A DNA stretch of 54,817 nucleotides from a virus (taxonomy: Duplodnaviria; Caudoviricetes), in IMG/VR virus record IMGVR_UViG_3300005403_000166, positions 1 to 54,817 of that record; one strand, written 5' to 3'. A program made the translations under genes and the position numbers. Positions within the stretch are counted from its first letter, which is position 1; every line of letters starts with the position of its first letter. The notes beneath the pieces were generated by a model. It searched no databases and was not told where the DNA came from. It saw only the letters and a program-made list of their open reading frames with translations. This document shows positions 40,287 to 49,200 of the stretch, in pieces.

Positions 40287-40492
40287 AATACGGACTCTCC
40301 CGAAGTATTGACGAATTAACGTGGTTCTGGGAAACAGCAACACACGAATCGTTGAAACTTGCACTCATTCCGATCGGGATTGATCTCGATAAAGAAAAGA
40401 ATGAGGCAAAGAAGAAATCCCTGAAAGGCCGGGGGCCGATGCCTGATACGGCCGGACTTGCGAAACTCGGGGTCGATTATGACTCGATCTGA
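40037..40492 (+). CDS. -1 frame extension of the tail chaperone (GT-type), no own start codon
   Basis: Open -1 frame ...ETLLKVFRECCYYYGWSIEYGLSRSIDELTWFWE...YDSI*. Confidence 0.55.
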   Translation: MLDTGICLRGYARRTHTGCDGPFFAPPARDANKAGKDQSRDDEGRHHSDDQGTDSGGNPDPEETLETLLKVFRECCYYYGWSIEYGLSRSIDELTWFWETATHESLKLALIPIGIDLDKEKNEAKKKSLKGRGPMPDTAGLAKLGVDYDSI

Positions 40493-40504
40493 AGGGTTGG
40501 AGAA

Positions 40505-40717
40505 TTACAATTCAACCCGGTTCAACCCTTTTCTTATATCTGCTATTCTCTCTTCGGTTTCTTTCTGTCCTTCCTCGTCTTTCTCGATAGACACTAGGAC
40601 AACATCCTTCTCCTTCAATCTTGGAAAAAGGGAAACAGGAACCTGAAAGACCGGGCCTGACTCAGGGACCAGAATAATCCAATCTCCTTCTATCCGGTCA
40701 ACTGTTGCCCGGGTCAT
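40505..40717 (-). CDS. DUF3006-like protein
   Basis: ATVDRIEGDW...LKEKDVV; coupled to the ComEC-like gene. Confidence 0.75.
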   Translation of the reverse strand: MTRATVDRIEGDWIILVPESGPVFQVPVSLFPRLKEKDVVLVSIEKDEEGQKETEERIADIRKGLNRVEL

Positions 40718-41742
40718 GACTCACAAGCCAGCCCGTCTTTGTCACGATCAAGTTGGTGAACGTCTCCTTTGCCCTGTGCCTTACAGAAATCATAGCACTT
40801 TTGTCCGGTTACACCGTTAGCAAGGGGGAAATCCTTACAGTTGTATGAGTTCTTGGAACAGTCACAAATGGGGGTTGATGATGAAACTGCCACGGTGGGA
40901 AGGGGTGCTGCTACTGTCTGAATAGAAGTGGGTTTTGATGTTGATGTCTCACTTCCCTTATCAGATGTCACGGTATAGGATGACCCTATGGAGGTGACCA
41001 CAATATTTCCATTCTTATCAGTCCGGTATACCTGTGCTCCGGCTATATCCAGATTCTTTAACGTATTTGTTGTTGGATGGCCGTATGTGTTCCCGGCACC
41101 GACCTCAATAATTGCGACTTTAGGATTAACCTGATCTAGAAATGCCTGAGAACTCCCGGAGTTTGATCCATGATGTGTGACCTTGAGTATCTGCGCTGAG
41201 GGGTCACCATTGTAGGTCGAAGAATCGCCCATAAAGAGGAACTTTTCTGATCCATCTGTAACCTTGAGAACAACTGAATCTTCATTCAAGTCATTTTTAT
41301 CAGATGTAGGATTGAGCACATCGACTGTGATCCCCTCAACAAATGGGATCACCTTTCCGGTCTTGACCTCTGCATAAGGAACTTGTTTCTGTTTTAGTGT
41401 GCTCATGACATTTTCATAGGTCTTGGTGTTGGTTGTTTCCCCATTATCAACGTAGAGTCCAACAGGGAAAGCGTTCAACACATCGACCATCCCGCCAATA
41501 TGATCCTCATGGGGATGCGTGGCAACGACAACGTCTAATTTATCCACACCATGACTTTTCAGGTAATTTACGACTGTGGGTCCGGCGTCAGTTGGACCGG
41601 CATCTATCAGCATACTGTGACCCCCGGACTGGAGGAGTTCAGCGTCCCCCTGGCCGACATCGAGGTATGAGACAGTCATTTCTCCGGCTGCTAGTCCGGG
41701 GATGATCAAGAGGATGAGTAATAGAATACCAGTACGAAGCAT
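40714..41742 (-). CDS. Secreted ComEC/Rec2-type metallo-beta-lactamase nuclease with C-terminal Excalibur Ca-binding domain
   Basis: LDVGQGD, THPHEDHIGG, FMGD, HHGS, YGHP, YRTD; DRDKDGLACE. Confidence 0.88.
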   Translation of the reverse strand: MLRTGILLLILLIIPGLAAGEMTVSYLDVGQGDAELLQSGGHSMLIDAGPTDAGPTVVNYLKSHGVDKLDVVVATHPHEDHIGGMVDVLNAFPVGLYVDNGETTNTKTYENVMSTLKQKQVPYAEVKTGKVIPFVEGITVDVLNPTSDKNDLNEDSVVLKVTDGSEKFLFMGDSSTYNGDPSAQILKVTHHGSNSGSSQAFLDQVNPKVAIIEVGAGNTYGHPTTNTLKNLDIAGAQVYRTDKNGNIVVTSIGSSYTVTSDKGSETSTSKPTSIQTVAAPLPTVAVSSSTPICDCSKNSYNCKDFPLANGVTGQKCYDFCKAQGKGDVHQLDRDKDGLACES

Positions 41743-42084
41743 AAGATCCAGATATCTGTTGATTGGGCTTATGTGTATCGGGACACTTCAATCAGTAATG
41801 ATAAATGACGGGGTTAAGAAAAGAGGAAGGTTTTTGAGAATGGAAAAAAATATGGCCGAGGAAGTGAAAGACTATCATGCGGAATATCCACATGAGGATA
41901 GTCTTCGCCAACCTAATCGACACATTCTTTACCAACTCCTTACGGTCCGGGGAAACCTTCAGGAAATCCCGGATTCGTGTTGCAAATTTTGGTTCCATTT
42001 TTTTTACCTGTGTTTCATAGGGCTCCTACACCCTCCACACAAAATTATATTTAGATGTAAAGGTATAACTAAAGCTGCACATTA

Positions 42085-42422
42085 CCTTCACTTACGGCAG
42101 AGACTGTAAGTTGTTTTACGGAGAGTGAGTGTAACTAAGACGGGATTAACGGCTTAATCAGAATAGAGGTATGTCTACTCTGGTGATGTCTAGATTCAAT
42201 TTTGGTTTCATTTATTTACCTACTGATCCCCACTCCTACAACGGGGATCAGTTCTTATTAAACGATTTACATTTATCCGATTTTAGGGCATATTTCTTCG
42301 GAAAGATGGTATGTCTCTCCGATGAGCTGGGGGGATATCAGTTTTTAATTAGCCGGAATTCCGGGTATTTAGATCTGGATAGGTACCATAACCTCCCAGG
42401 GATTCAGTCAACCGGGCCGGGG
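42085..42422 (+). ncRNA. Candidate ~330-nt multi-hairpin non-coding RNA
   Basis: Series of hairpins including ACTGATCCCC/GGGGATCAGT (42222-42252) and a C(TTCG)G tetraloop stem (~42285-42318); upstream TATA-like TTATATTT. Confidence 0.45.
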
Positions 42423-42839
42423 TTATTCATCCTTTGAATCTTTGGGTCTTTCGGGTAGTTTAACGGAGGCATTGGTATATAATTCGACCTTATCCCATTC
42501 CTCAACCAATTCTCGCAACTCGTTTCTTTTTAAAATGAGTAATTTATCCTTGTATAAACGCTGACAAACTTTTACGTATGATTCTACTTTCTCATAATAG
42601 GGGGATTCAAGAATTATGAGATCAAAAGAACCCATATCTAAAGCAACAACCCACCAATCTGATTTGTCTACAGGATCTACGATAGATACCAATTCTTCGC
42701 ACAAGAATTTGTTGAAAATATTAACAATATATTCCTTAAATGAAACATTATCTCTTTTAGCCCTATCTTGTAACGCATTATATAGAGCGGCCGGGATTCT
42801 CACCCCCAATTGTTTTTCAGGTTCTTTCATGTGTAACAA
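42423..42839 (-). CDS. RHH regulator fused to copy 3 of the four-copy domain
   Basis: QLGVRIPAALYNALQDRAKRDNVSFKEYI plus WWVVALDMGSFD...NELREL. Confidence 0.7.
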   Translation of the reverse strand: MLHMKEPEKQLGVRIPAALYNALQDRAKRDNVSFKEYIVNIFNKFLCEELVSIVDPVDKSDWWVVALDMGSFDLIILESPYYEKVESYVKVCQRLYKDKLLILKRNELRELVEEWDKVELYTNASVKLPERPKDSKDE

Positions 42840-42865
42840 TTAGGAGGCGAAAATAATAGAGTTAG

Positions 42866-42919
42866 TGCTATCACATTTGGTTAGCAAAATTATATATATT
42901 TTGTAACATAATGCTATCA
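42866..42919. promoter_or_regulatory. Divergent promoter with TGCTATCA operator-like repeats
   Basis: TGCTATCA at 42866 and 42912, inverted TGGTTAGCA at 42878, TTATATATA at 42890. Confidence 0.5.
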
Positions 42920-42940
42920 TGCACAGTTGAAGTGTAATCT

Positions 42941-43126
42941 GTGCTGGTAAAAATGCAAACATTGGTGAAGACGAAGAAAAGTGAAACAGTCGGGGTTCGG
43001 TTCACAATGCATGAAATCGGTGACATTCAGAAGATGATAGACTCCGGGGAATATGCAAATCCCACTGAAGTAATCAGAGATGCATTCAGAGCATTCAGGA
43101 GAGAACGAGGCTTGATAAAGGTATGA
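42941..43126 (+). CDS. RHH (CopG/Arc-like) regulator
   Basis: TVGVRFT...IDSGEYANPTEVIRDAFR. Confidence 0.75.
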   Translation: MLVKMQTLVKTKKSETVGVRFTMHEIGDIQKMIDSGEYANPTEVIRDAFRAFRRERGLIKV

Positions 43127-43959
43127 GCAAAAGAAGTGAAAAGGCCAGCCCATCCGCACCTGGCAGTAACGACGGGCTGAACAATGCAATTACTATTTCT
43201 AACGTGAAGAGTGATGAAGGTTTCCAACTCATTACTTTGTTCGGGTTCGAAATCCGGGCTGAGATAGTAGATGGAGAACCGTGGTTTGTGGTTCAAGATC
43301 TTTCAAAGATGTTTGGAATTCATGAAAAGACTATTCCAACCAGAATCAAGAACAATCCTGATGACTTTGAGGGATGGATCCGCCTAGGAGATGTAACATA
43401 TCCTAGGGGAAATTCACCCGGATTAGAAAATCTGAACCAATCTATCCTTCTTGCAAATGAACAGGCTGTTTATTTGATTATGGGGGGATTGACTACCAAG
43501 AGGATCAAGAATCCAGAAGCCCGGGAGATGGTAAAGAAGTTTAAGCGGGCGTTCCCGGAACTCCTGAAGATGATCCGGACCGGTGAAGTCAAGATTGTCA
43601 AGACTGAGGAATGGGATTACAAGAGATGGCTCGCAACACAGGGAGCCAAATTCCTTGGAGACTCCATTCACTCTTCAATTGAGAAACTCGCCCGGAACCT
43701 AAAGCATGAGCCTTTTGTCCATATGAATAATCACAAGATGATCAATATCATCATCTTTGGTAGGCATGAGAAAGGTATCCGGGATTCTGCAACCAAAGAG
43801 CAATTGGAAGCCATCCATACTCTTGAGATCATAGATGGGACTCTAATTAAGTCCGGGATGATAGAGCATAAAGATCGGAAGGCTAGGCTCGAAGCAGAGT
43901 ATCAATCCATTCAGATCAGAAACAAGGGGCCATCAACGCAGCAGGCGGTTCTTGCATGA
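43123..43959 (+). CDS. Bro-N domain antirepressor-like protein
   Basis: FEIRAEIVDGEPWFVVQDL...NEQAVY...PEAREMVKKF. Confidence 0.75.
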   Translation: MSKRSEKASPSAPGSNDGLNNAITISNVKSDEGFQLITLFGFEIRAEIVDGEPWFVVQDLSKMFGIHEKTIPTRIKNNPDDFEGWIRLGDVTYPRGNSPGLENLNQSILLANEQAVYLIMGGLTTKRIKNPEAREMVKKFKRAFPELLKMIRTGEVKIVKTEEWDYKRWLATQGAKFLGDSIHSSIEKLARNLKHEPFVHMNNHKMINIIIFGRHEKGIRDSATKEQLEAIHTLEIIDGTLIKSGMIEHKDRKARLEAEYQSIQIRNKGPSTQQAVLA

Positions 43960-44207
43960 CCCCAGAAGATGATTCCTGGTGTGTTGCCGTCGATATGGGA
44001 TCCTTCGATCTTATCGTGGTTGAGAGTAATCATTACCATACCTGTCAATCATATCAGCAGGTCAACCAACACCTGTACCGAGAAGAGTTACAGATCAAAC
44101 TTCGGTCACAACTCCGGGAACTACTCGAAAACTGGACTTCCATGGAGATCTGTGTATCTTCAAGAGTCCGGGAGCCGGGAAAAGCAAACCAACAGGAGGG
44201 GATTTGA
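43956..44207 (+). CDS. Stand-alone copy 4 of the four-copy domain
   Basis: SWCVAVDMGSFDLIVVES...SQLRELLENW. Confidence 0.65.
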   Translation: MTPEDDSWCVAVDMGSFDLIVVESNHYHTCQSYQQVNQHLYREELQIKLRSQLRELLENWTSMEICVSSRVREPGKANQQEGI

Positions 44208-44698
44208 TGGATTCGATTCAGATTGTAGGGGTAACCCCCTCAACCATCAAACTCCCGGTATGGAAAAACCTGGTTGAAGTAGGGAAAATATGGGGGTATG
44301 GATCCCTCCATCCCCATGATGAAATCTCAACGATCCTCTCTCTGAATTATGGTACTACTGAATATTACTCAAATGTAGGTAGGGCAAATACAGAGTTACT
44401 TCTTATTGGTAAACTCCTCAAAAGTGTTCATGGTTCTGGATATGAAGTCGTTAATCCAGATGATTACCCGGCTGTAGTCCTTGACTTAACGAAAAAAGTC
44501 TGTCGGAGGATGAAGAAGATTGTTCGGGTAACCGAATATGCCCCAGAAAACGATATGAGTCCTGAAGCCCGGTATAAACTACGAGAGATGAGAGATCGAG
44601 CCATCCGGTCACTCGCTATGACAAATACAGATAAGAAAGATTTTACTCGCTTATTAAAATCGCCCGGCAAAATACATCTAAACCAATCGAGGGTCTAA
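44204..44698 (+). CDS. Hypothetical protein co-transcribed with the RAMP-like gene
   Basis: Coupled; wHTH-like LKSVHGSGYEVV then a basic helical C-terminus. Confidence 0.65.
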   Translation: MMDSIQIVGVTPSTIKLPVWKNLVEVGKIWGYGSLHPHDEISTILSLNYGTTEYYSNVGRANTELLLIGKLLKSVHGSGYEVVNPDDYPAVVLDLTKKVCRRMKKIVRVTEYAPENDMSPEARYKLREMRDRAIRSLAMTNTDKKDFTRLLKSPGKIHLNQSRV

Positions 44699-44700
44699 AA

Positions 44701-45276
44701 ATGATGCAAACCATCAATGTAACTCTGAATAGTGTACATACTATGTTGATGAACTCGAATTTGGGAGTTAATCCGACAATACCTCTCGTAAAAGAGTTAA
44801 AAGAGATTACAGGGAAGAGAAAGAAGACTGATGAAGACAATCTCAAGATATTAGAGATTAAATGGAAATTAGCCCTTTACTATGATGAAAATATAGGGGT
44901 CTACATTCCTGCAGCAAATATTGAAGCATCTATCAGAGAAGCAGCCAAACGCTCTCGAAGAGGAAAAGATGTAGTTACAGGCATACATGTTCCTGATGAT
45001 TATATCCCTCTGAAATATGATGGGCCTAAAACCATAGATGAACTTTGGAATGATGGGCGTTTCCGAGACATAAGAGTGGGAAGGATTCAAAAAGCAAGTG
45101 TGATGATTTGTAGACCCCGATTTGCTCATTGGAGTGTGAACTTTGATATGGTGTTCGATGACGAAATTTTTTCAGAGGATGAAATCAAAGAGTTACTGAT
45201 AACTGCGGGTAAATACACTGGGCTTTGTGATTATCGCCCAAGGTATGGAACTTTTGAACCCGTGATTCATACGTAA
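44701..45276 (+). CDS. Solo Cas7/RAMP-like protein
   Basis: First strand INVTLNSVHTMLMN, YIPAANIEASIREAA (RAMP xIPxxxxKGxxR-like), RPRF..W, C-terminal Gly loop AGKYTGLCDYRPRYGTF. Confidence 0.7.
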   Translation: MMQTINVTLNSVHTMLMNSNLGVNPTIPLVKELKEITGKRKKTDEDNLKILEIKWKLALYYDENIGVYIPAANIEASIREAAKRSRRGKDVVTGIHVPDDYIPLKYDGPKTIDELWNDGRFRDIRVGRIQKASVMICRPRFAHWSVNFDMVFDDEIFSEDEIKELLITAGKYTGLCDYRPRYGTFEPVIHT

Positions 45277-45281
45277 AACTC

Positions 45282-45470
45282 GGATTTCGTGGTAATGCAG
45301 AGTTCGGTTTGGTTCTGCGGGGCATGGTGAGGTACTGCAAGGATTTCGTGGTAAGGCGGAGTGTTGCAATGCGAGGCAGGGTGCGGCAAGGTAAGGCTTG
45401 GATTTCGTGGTGCTGTACGGTGCGGTATGGTTTGGTATGGTAGGGTGTAGCGGTGTAAGGTTCGGATTTT
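45282..45470 (+). repeat. Array of three units: GGATTTCGT anchor plus 10/10/11 pentamers DGY-NN; candidate guide RNAs
   Basis: Anchors at 45282, 45341, 45400 and a partial one at 45464; all 31 pentamers fit (G/T/A)G(T/C)NN. Confidence 0.88.
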
Positions 45471-45488
45471 ACGGGATCTAATAACAAC

Positions 45489-45499
45489 CTTTTTCTTTA
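45489..45499 (+). terminator. Oligo-T archaeal terminator candidate after the array
   Basis: CTTTTTCTTT tract. Confidence 0.4.
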
Positions 45500-45521
45500 T
45501 TCAAATAAGAGGTGAATTGAT

Positions 45522-46184
45522 ATGAAATACCTCAAATTATCAATCATCCTCATTTTTATTATACTATTATCAGGGTGTACAACAACCCCCCAGAAACAAG
45601 AACCTACAATCATTCCTGCCCCTCAAGAAACTGAAACTACGATTATCACTCCTAATATTACTGTTGCCCCAAACATGACTACAGCATCAACATTGGTCAC
45701 AAAAAAGGTCACGGGGATGGGTACAATATTAAAATCGGAGATGCTCAAATTAGTACCTCTATTCACAGCATACAATGATGATCTGATCGCAAATGATTAT
45801 AAGAAACTAGGGACTGATAATCTTGCATTAAGGAAAGAAGTTGAATCACAATCAGATTATTTTGGAGATACTTTAAGCAGTTCAGAGATAGAAGGAGCGA
45901 AGGACTTCACTGCATCAGATAAGATCCTGTATCAGAAGTACTCTGGATATCTGAAGACCTTTAAGAACATGGTCGTATCTACTGAATTAGCCCTGACATT
46001 CATCAACGATGATAACAGTGAACTGAATGCAGCCGACAAATTGAACCTGATAGGCACTGCATTAGATGACCGGAATAAACTCTATGATCAGGTTGACACC
46101 ATCTTCGATTCCTGCAAGGAATACGAGGTTGATTGTGGTCAGAATGATGCATCTGTGAAGTTACTCAAAAAGAAATTATTCTAA
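45522..46184 (+). CDS. Lipoprotein-like accessory protein
   Basis: MKYLK-hydrophobic-LSGC lipobox, T/P linker; GAGGTGA RBS. Confidence 0.7.
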   Translation: MKYLKLSIILIFIILLSGCTTTPQKQEPTIIPAPQETETTIITPNITVAPNMTTASTLVTKKVTGMGTILKSEMLKLVPLFTAYNDDLIANDYKKLGTDNLALRKEVESQSDYFGDTLSSSEIEGAKDFTASDKILYQKYSGYLKTFKNMVVSTELALTFINDDNSELNAADKLNLIGTALDDRNKLYDQVDTIFDSCKEYEVDCGQNDASVKLLKKKLF

Positions 46185-46209
46185 TTTTTTGTATCACAAA
46201 ACGCCTCCA

Positions 46210-46238
46210 AAAAAACAAATAATATAAGCGCCTATATA
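46210..46238 (+). promoter_or_regulatory. Late promoter, 29 bp identical to 34226-34254
   Basis: AAAAAACAAATAATATAAGCGCCTATATA; ATG at 46246. Confidence 0.8.
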
Positions 46239-46245
46239 CTACCCA

Positions 46246-49200
46246 ATGGCTGATGAGCGGCTGTCAATTCTACTGAGCGTTCAAATCGGATAGGGCCTTG
46301 CCGACCTGGCAAAAATAAGGGGCTCCTTAACCGGGATAGACTCAGCAGCGGGCACCACTCAACAAAACCTAAAGTCTATTGTTTCTGCATTATCCGGATT
46401 CGGATCAAATATCAGCGGCGAAACAGGGAAAGCTGAATCTTCATTAAAATCATTTTCCGACGTCATCATCTCAACAAATAAAGAGATCGGTCAGTTAGGT
46501 TCTACCATCAATTTTGGCGACAAAATCTCTACTGAATCAAAAACTGCTCTTGCATCTCTTGAAAAACTGGAAAAGCAATTCCAGCAATTGGAAAAATACA
46601 GCAGCCTCCAAAAATCCTTCAACACTGCTGCATCTATCACCGGATCAGCATCAACCGGGGCTCTGGTAGCAGGGGCGGGACTAACTGCAGCTGCATTCCC
46701 GGTAGAGTCCTACATCAACAATGCGATCTCCGCCTATTCTGATTACGAATCCCAGGTCCAGTATGTCTCTTCTCTCCTGGGTAATCAAGTCGGATTATAC
46801 GAACAGATCGACGCATTATCAAAAAGCCTAGGTCAATCTACTCCGTTTTCACCATCCCAAGTTGCCTCTGCATTACAGCCATTGGCACAGGCCGGATATA
46901 CTCTCGATCAGATTAAATCGGCCTCTCCGACCTTGGTTAACATGAGTGTGGCCACCCGGGAACCCATCAATGAGATGGCTTCGACTCTCACCCAAACCCT
47001 GTCACAGTTCCAGATGTTACCGGATCAGGCGGAGACAGTAGGGAACAAGATCGCCACCGCTGCAAACATCAGCAATACTGACGTCCGGGACATTTCAGAA
47101 TCTCTCAAATATGCCGGAACCACTGCAGAAGCATTCAACAAACCGTTAAATGATACCCTTGCTATCCTTTCGACTCTCGGGGATTATGGTGTCAAAGGAT
47201 CACAGGCCGGAACCGGAATCAATGAGTTTTTAGCCCGGTTAGAAACACCCCCGAAGGCTGCCAAAAAAGCCCTGGCTGATTATGGGATCTCCATTGAAGA
47301 GATTAAGCCCTCGATGCATTCTTTTGAGGAGATCCTTGAAAGGCTATCCTCGTCAGGAATGGACATCGGTTCGTTCATCAAACTCCTCGGACTTGATGCA
47401 GGACCGAAGTTTGCAGCCCTGTTCTCAACTGAAGGTCTTGACAAGTATCGTGAGAAACTGAAGGCACTGCAGGCTGACAACTCCGGGGCTCTTCAGAAAC
47501 TCACCGATGAACAGATGGGGACTCTTGCTAACATCAAGGAGACCATCAACGGAGCACTGGAAAACATCTCTCTAAAAGTCGGAGAGAAATTTAAGCCCCT
47601 TTTCAAGGATATCGGCACTTGGTTCTCAAACAGCGAGAACACCGATATGATCTCTCAATTCATGGAGAATCTCGCAGATGGGATTATTCCAGTGATTGAA
47701 AAGATAATTAGTGCAATCACCCGGTTGATGACCTGGTTCAACAATCTCCCGGAGGGTATCCAGAGTAAACTTGCCGGAATGACCGGGGTCGGTGCTGCTC
47801 TCGCAGGGATTGCCGGACCTCTCCTGATGCTGTCTGCCGGTCCAATATACACTCTCTCATCATTGTTCTCAATCCTGGAGAAGATAGCCGGGCTTAAACT
47901 CGATAAGAAGGCCTCTGAAATCTCCAATATTGTTGATTCATTAACGAATGTAGCCACCATCACCTCAACGACCGGAGGATCCAAACAGGCCACACTTCCG
48001 GATACAATCCTCGGAGTTACTGATGATGCTGCTTATATGGCTGCCGGGATTGGTGACGCAGGGAACTCATTGATCCTTGCCGCTGACAAGTATGATGATG
48101 ATGTCAAGAAGGCAGAACAGAAGATAACAAAAACAGCAAAAGCATCCGCAAAGTCAGGCGCCCTTAAGGATATTGCTCCTTCACTTTTCACTGCCGGGAG
48201 CCTCTATGGTGCAGATGCTCTTATCGATTATGAAAAATCTAAAAAGGATGAAGACTGGTCTGATTGGGCAGAGAATTTTAATCAGCCCTATTCTGATTTA
48301 GTCCCGTCCAGATATCAAGGTGCTTCTAATCTGGATTCATCAATCACCAAAATTGAGGAGTCAGAAAAGAAATTACAAGCATTATCGGCCGGGATATACG
48401 GTACATCCATCCTTTCAGAACTTGACACTCCGGACTACCTTAAGTCAAATGTAGTTACTCAATACGATGATGCAATCTCAAAATTTGAGGCATCTGAACA
48501 GCGATTAAAGAGCATAGTAAAAGATGCTGACATCGAGGCCCCGAAGTTCTCCAGTATTGGAGATGTTTCGAACCTTGCCTTAACAGCCACCAGCATTGAC
48601 CGGATCGGTGACTCATCCAAGAAGACCGGAAAATCCATCAAGTCTGAACTCATCGAAAACATGGATGAGTGGACTGCAAGGGATGTCTCGGCATTATTTG
48701 CAGAAGAAGCAGACGGGATTGAGAACATCGGGAAGAAGACTGAGGGTTTATCATCCAAGTTATCAGGGGTAAAATCCAGCATTGCATCTGTCCCGACAGC
48801 CCTGAACGGGATGCTGGTTGCTTCCACTGCAGAGTTATCCTCGCTTGAGGGAACGTTCGCTGCAGTAGGCGGGCCTATCGGTATTGCTTTTGCGGCCGCG
48901 ATCGCTGCCAGTGCAGCAGCATATCTAACAAACTATGGCGGTTTTGCAGACAACATCAATAATGTCATATCCGAAGCAGGTTCGGCAGTATCCAACATTT
49001 CCACGGGCAACTATAAGGAAGCCGGGAACCAGGCCGCTCACGCATTTGCTGATGGATTAGGAGCAGTTAGCGATTTAGCTGTTACTGTCATCAAGAACAT
49101 CCCACAAACCGGCGTTGATGTAACCAAATTCCTTGGCGGGTTTAATGAAGGGATGCAACAGGCAGCTGAAGGTGCTGTATCTGCATTAGTCGCCGAGTTT

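Noticed and set aside
41702-42437. ORFs 41702-42109, 41792-41998 and 42171-42437
   Set aside because: No recognisable motifs, and they overlap promoter-like and hairpin-rich sequence; not supportable as genes, though 41792-41998 could be a small membrane protein.
45282-45470. CRISPR array
   Set aside because: The constant part is only 9-12 nt, and the intervening sequence has strict 5-nt periodicity rather than unique spacers; no cas1/cas2.
45185-45487. 100-aa minus-strand ORF (PYHTKPYRT...)
   Set aside because: Its low-complexity translation is a by-product of the pentamer array on the opposite strand.
28142-46293. Six TAG-interrupted structural genes as pseudogenes of a decaying prophage
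   Set aside because: All six interruptions are TAG, single, mostly N-terminal and in similar context. I saw no TAA/TGA breaks or decay-type frameshifts, and a CUA tRNA is encoded nearby.
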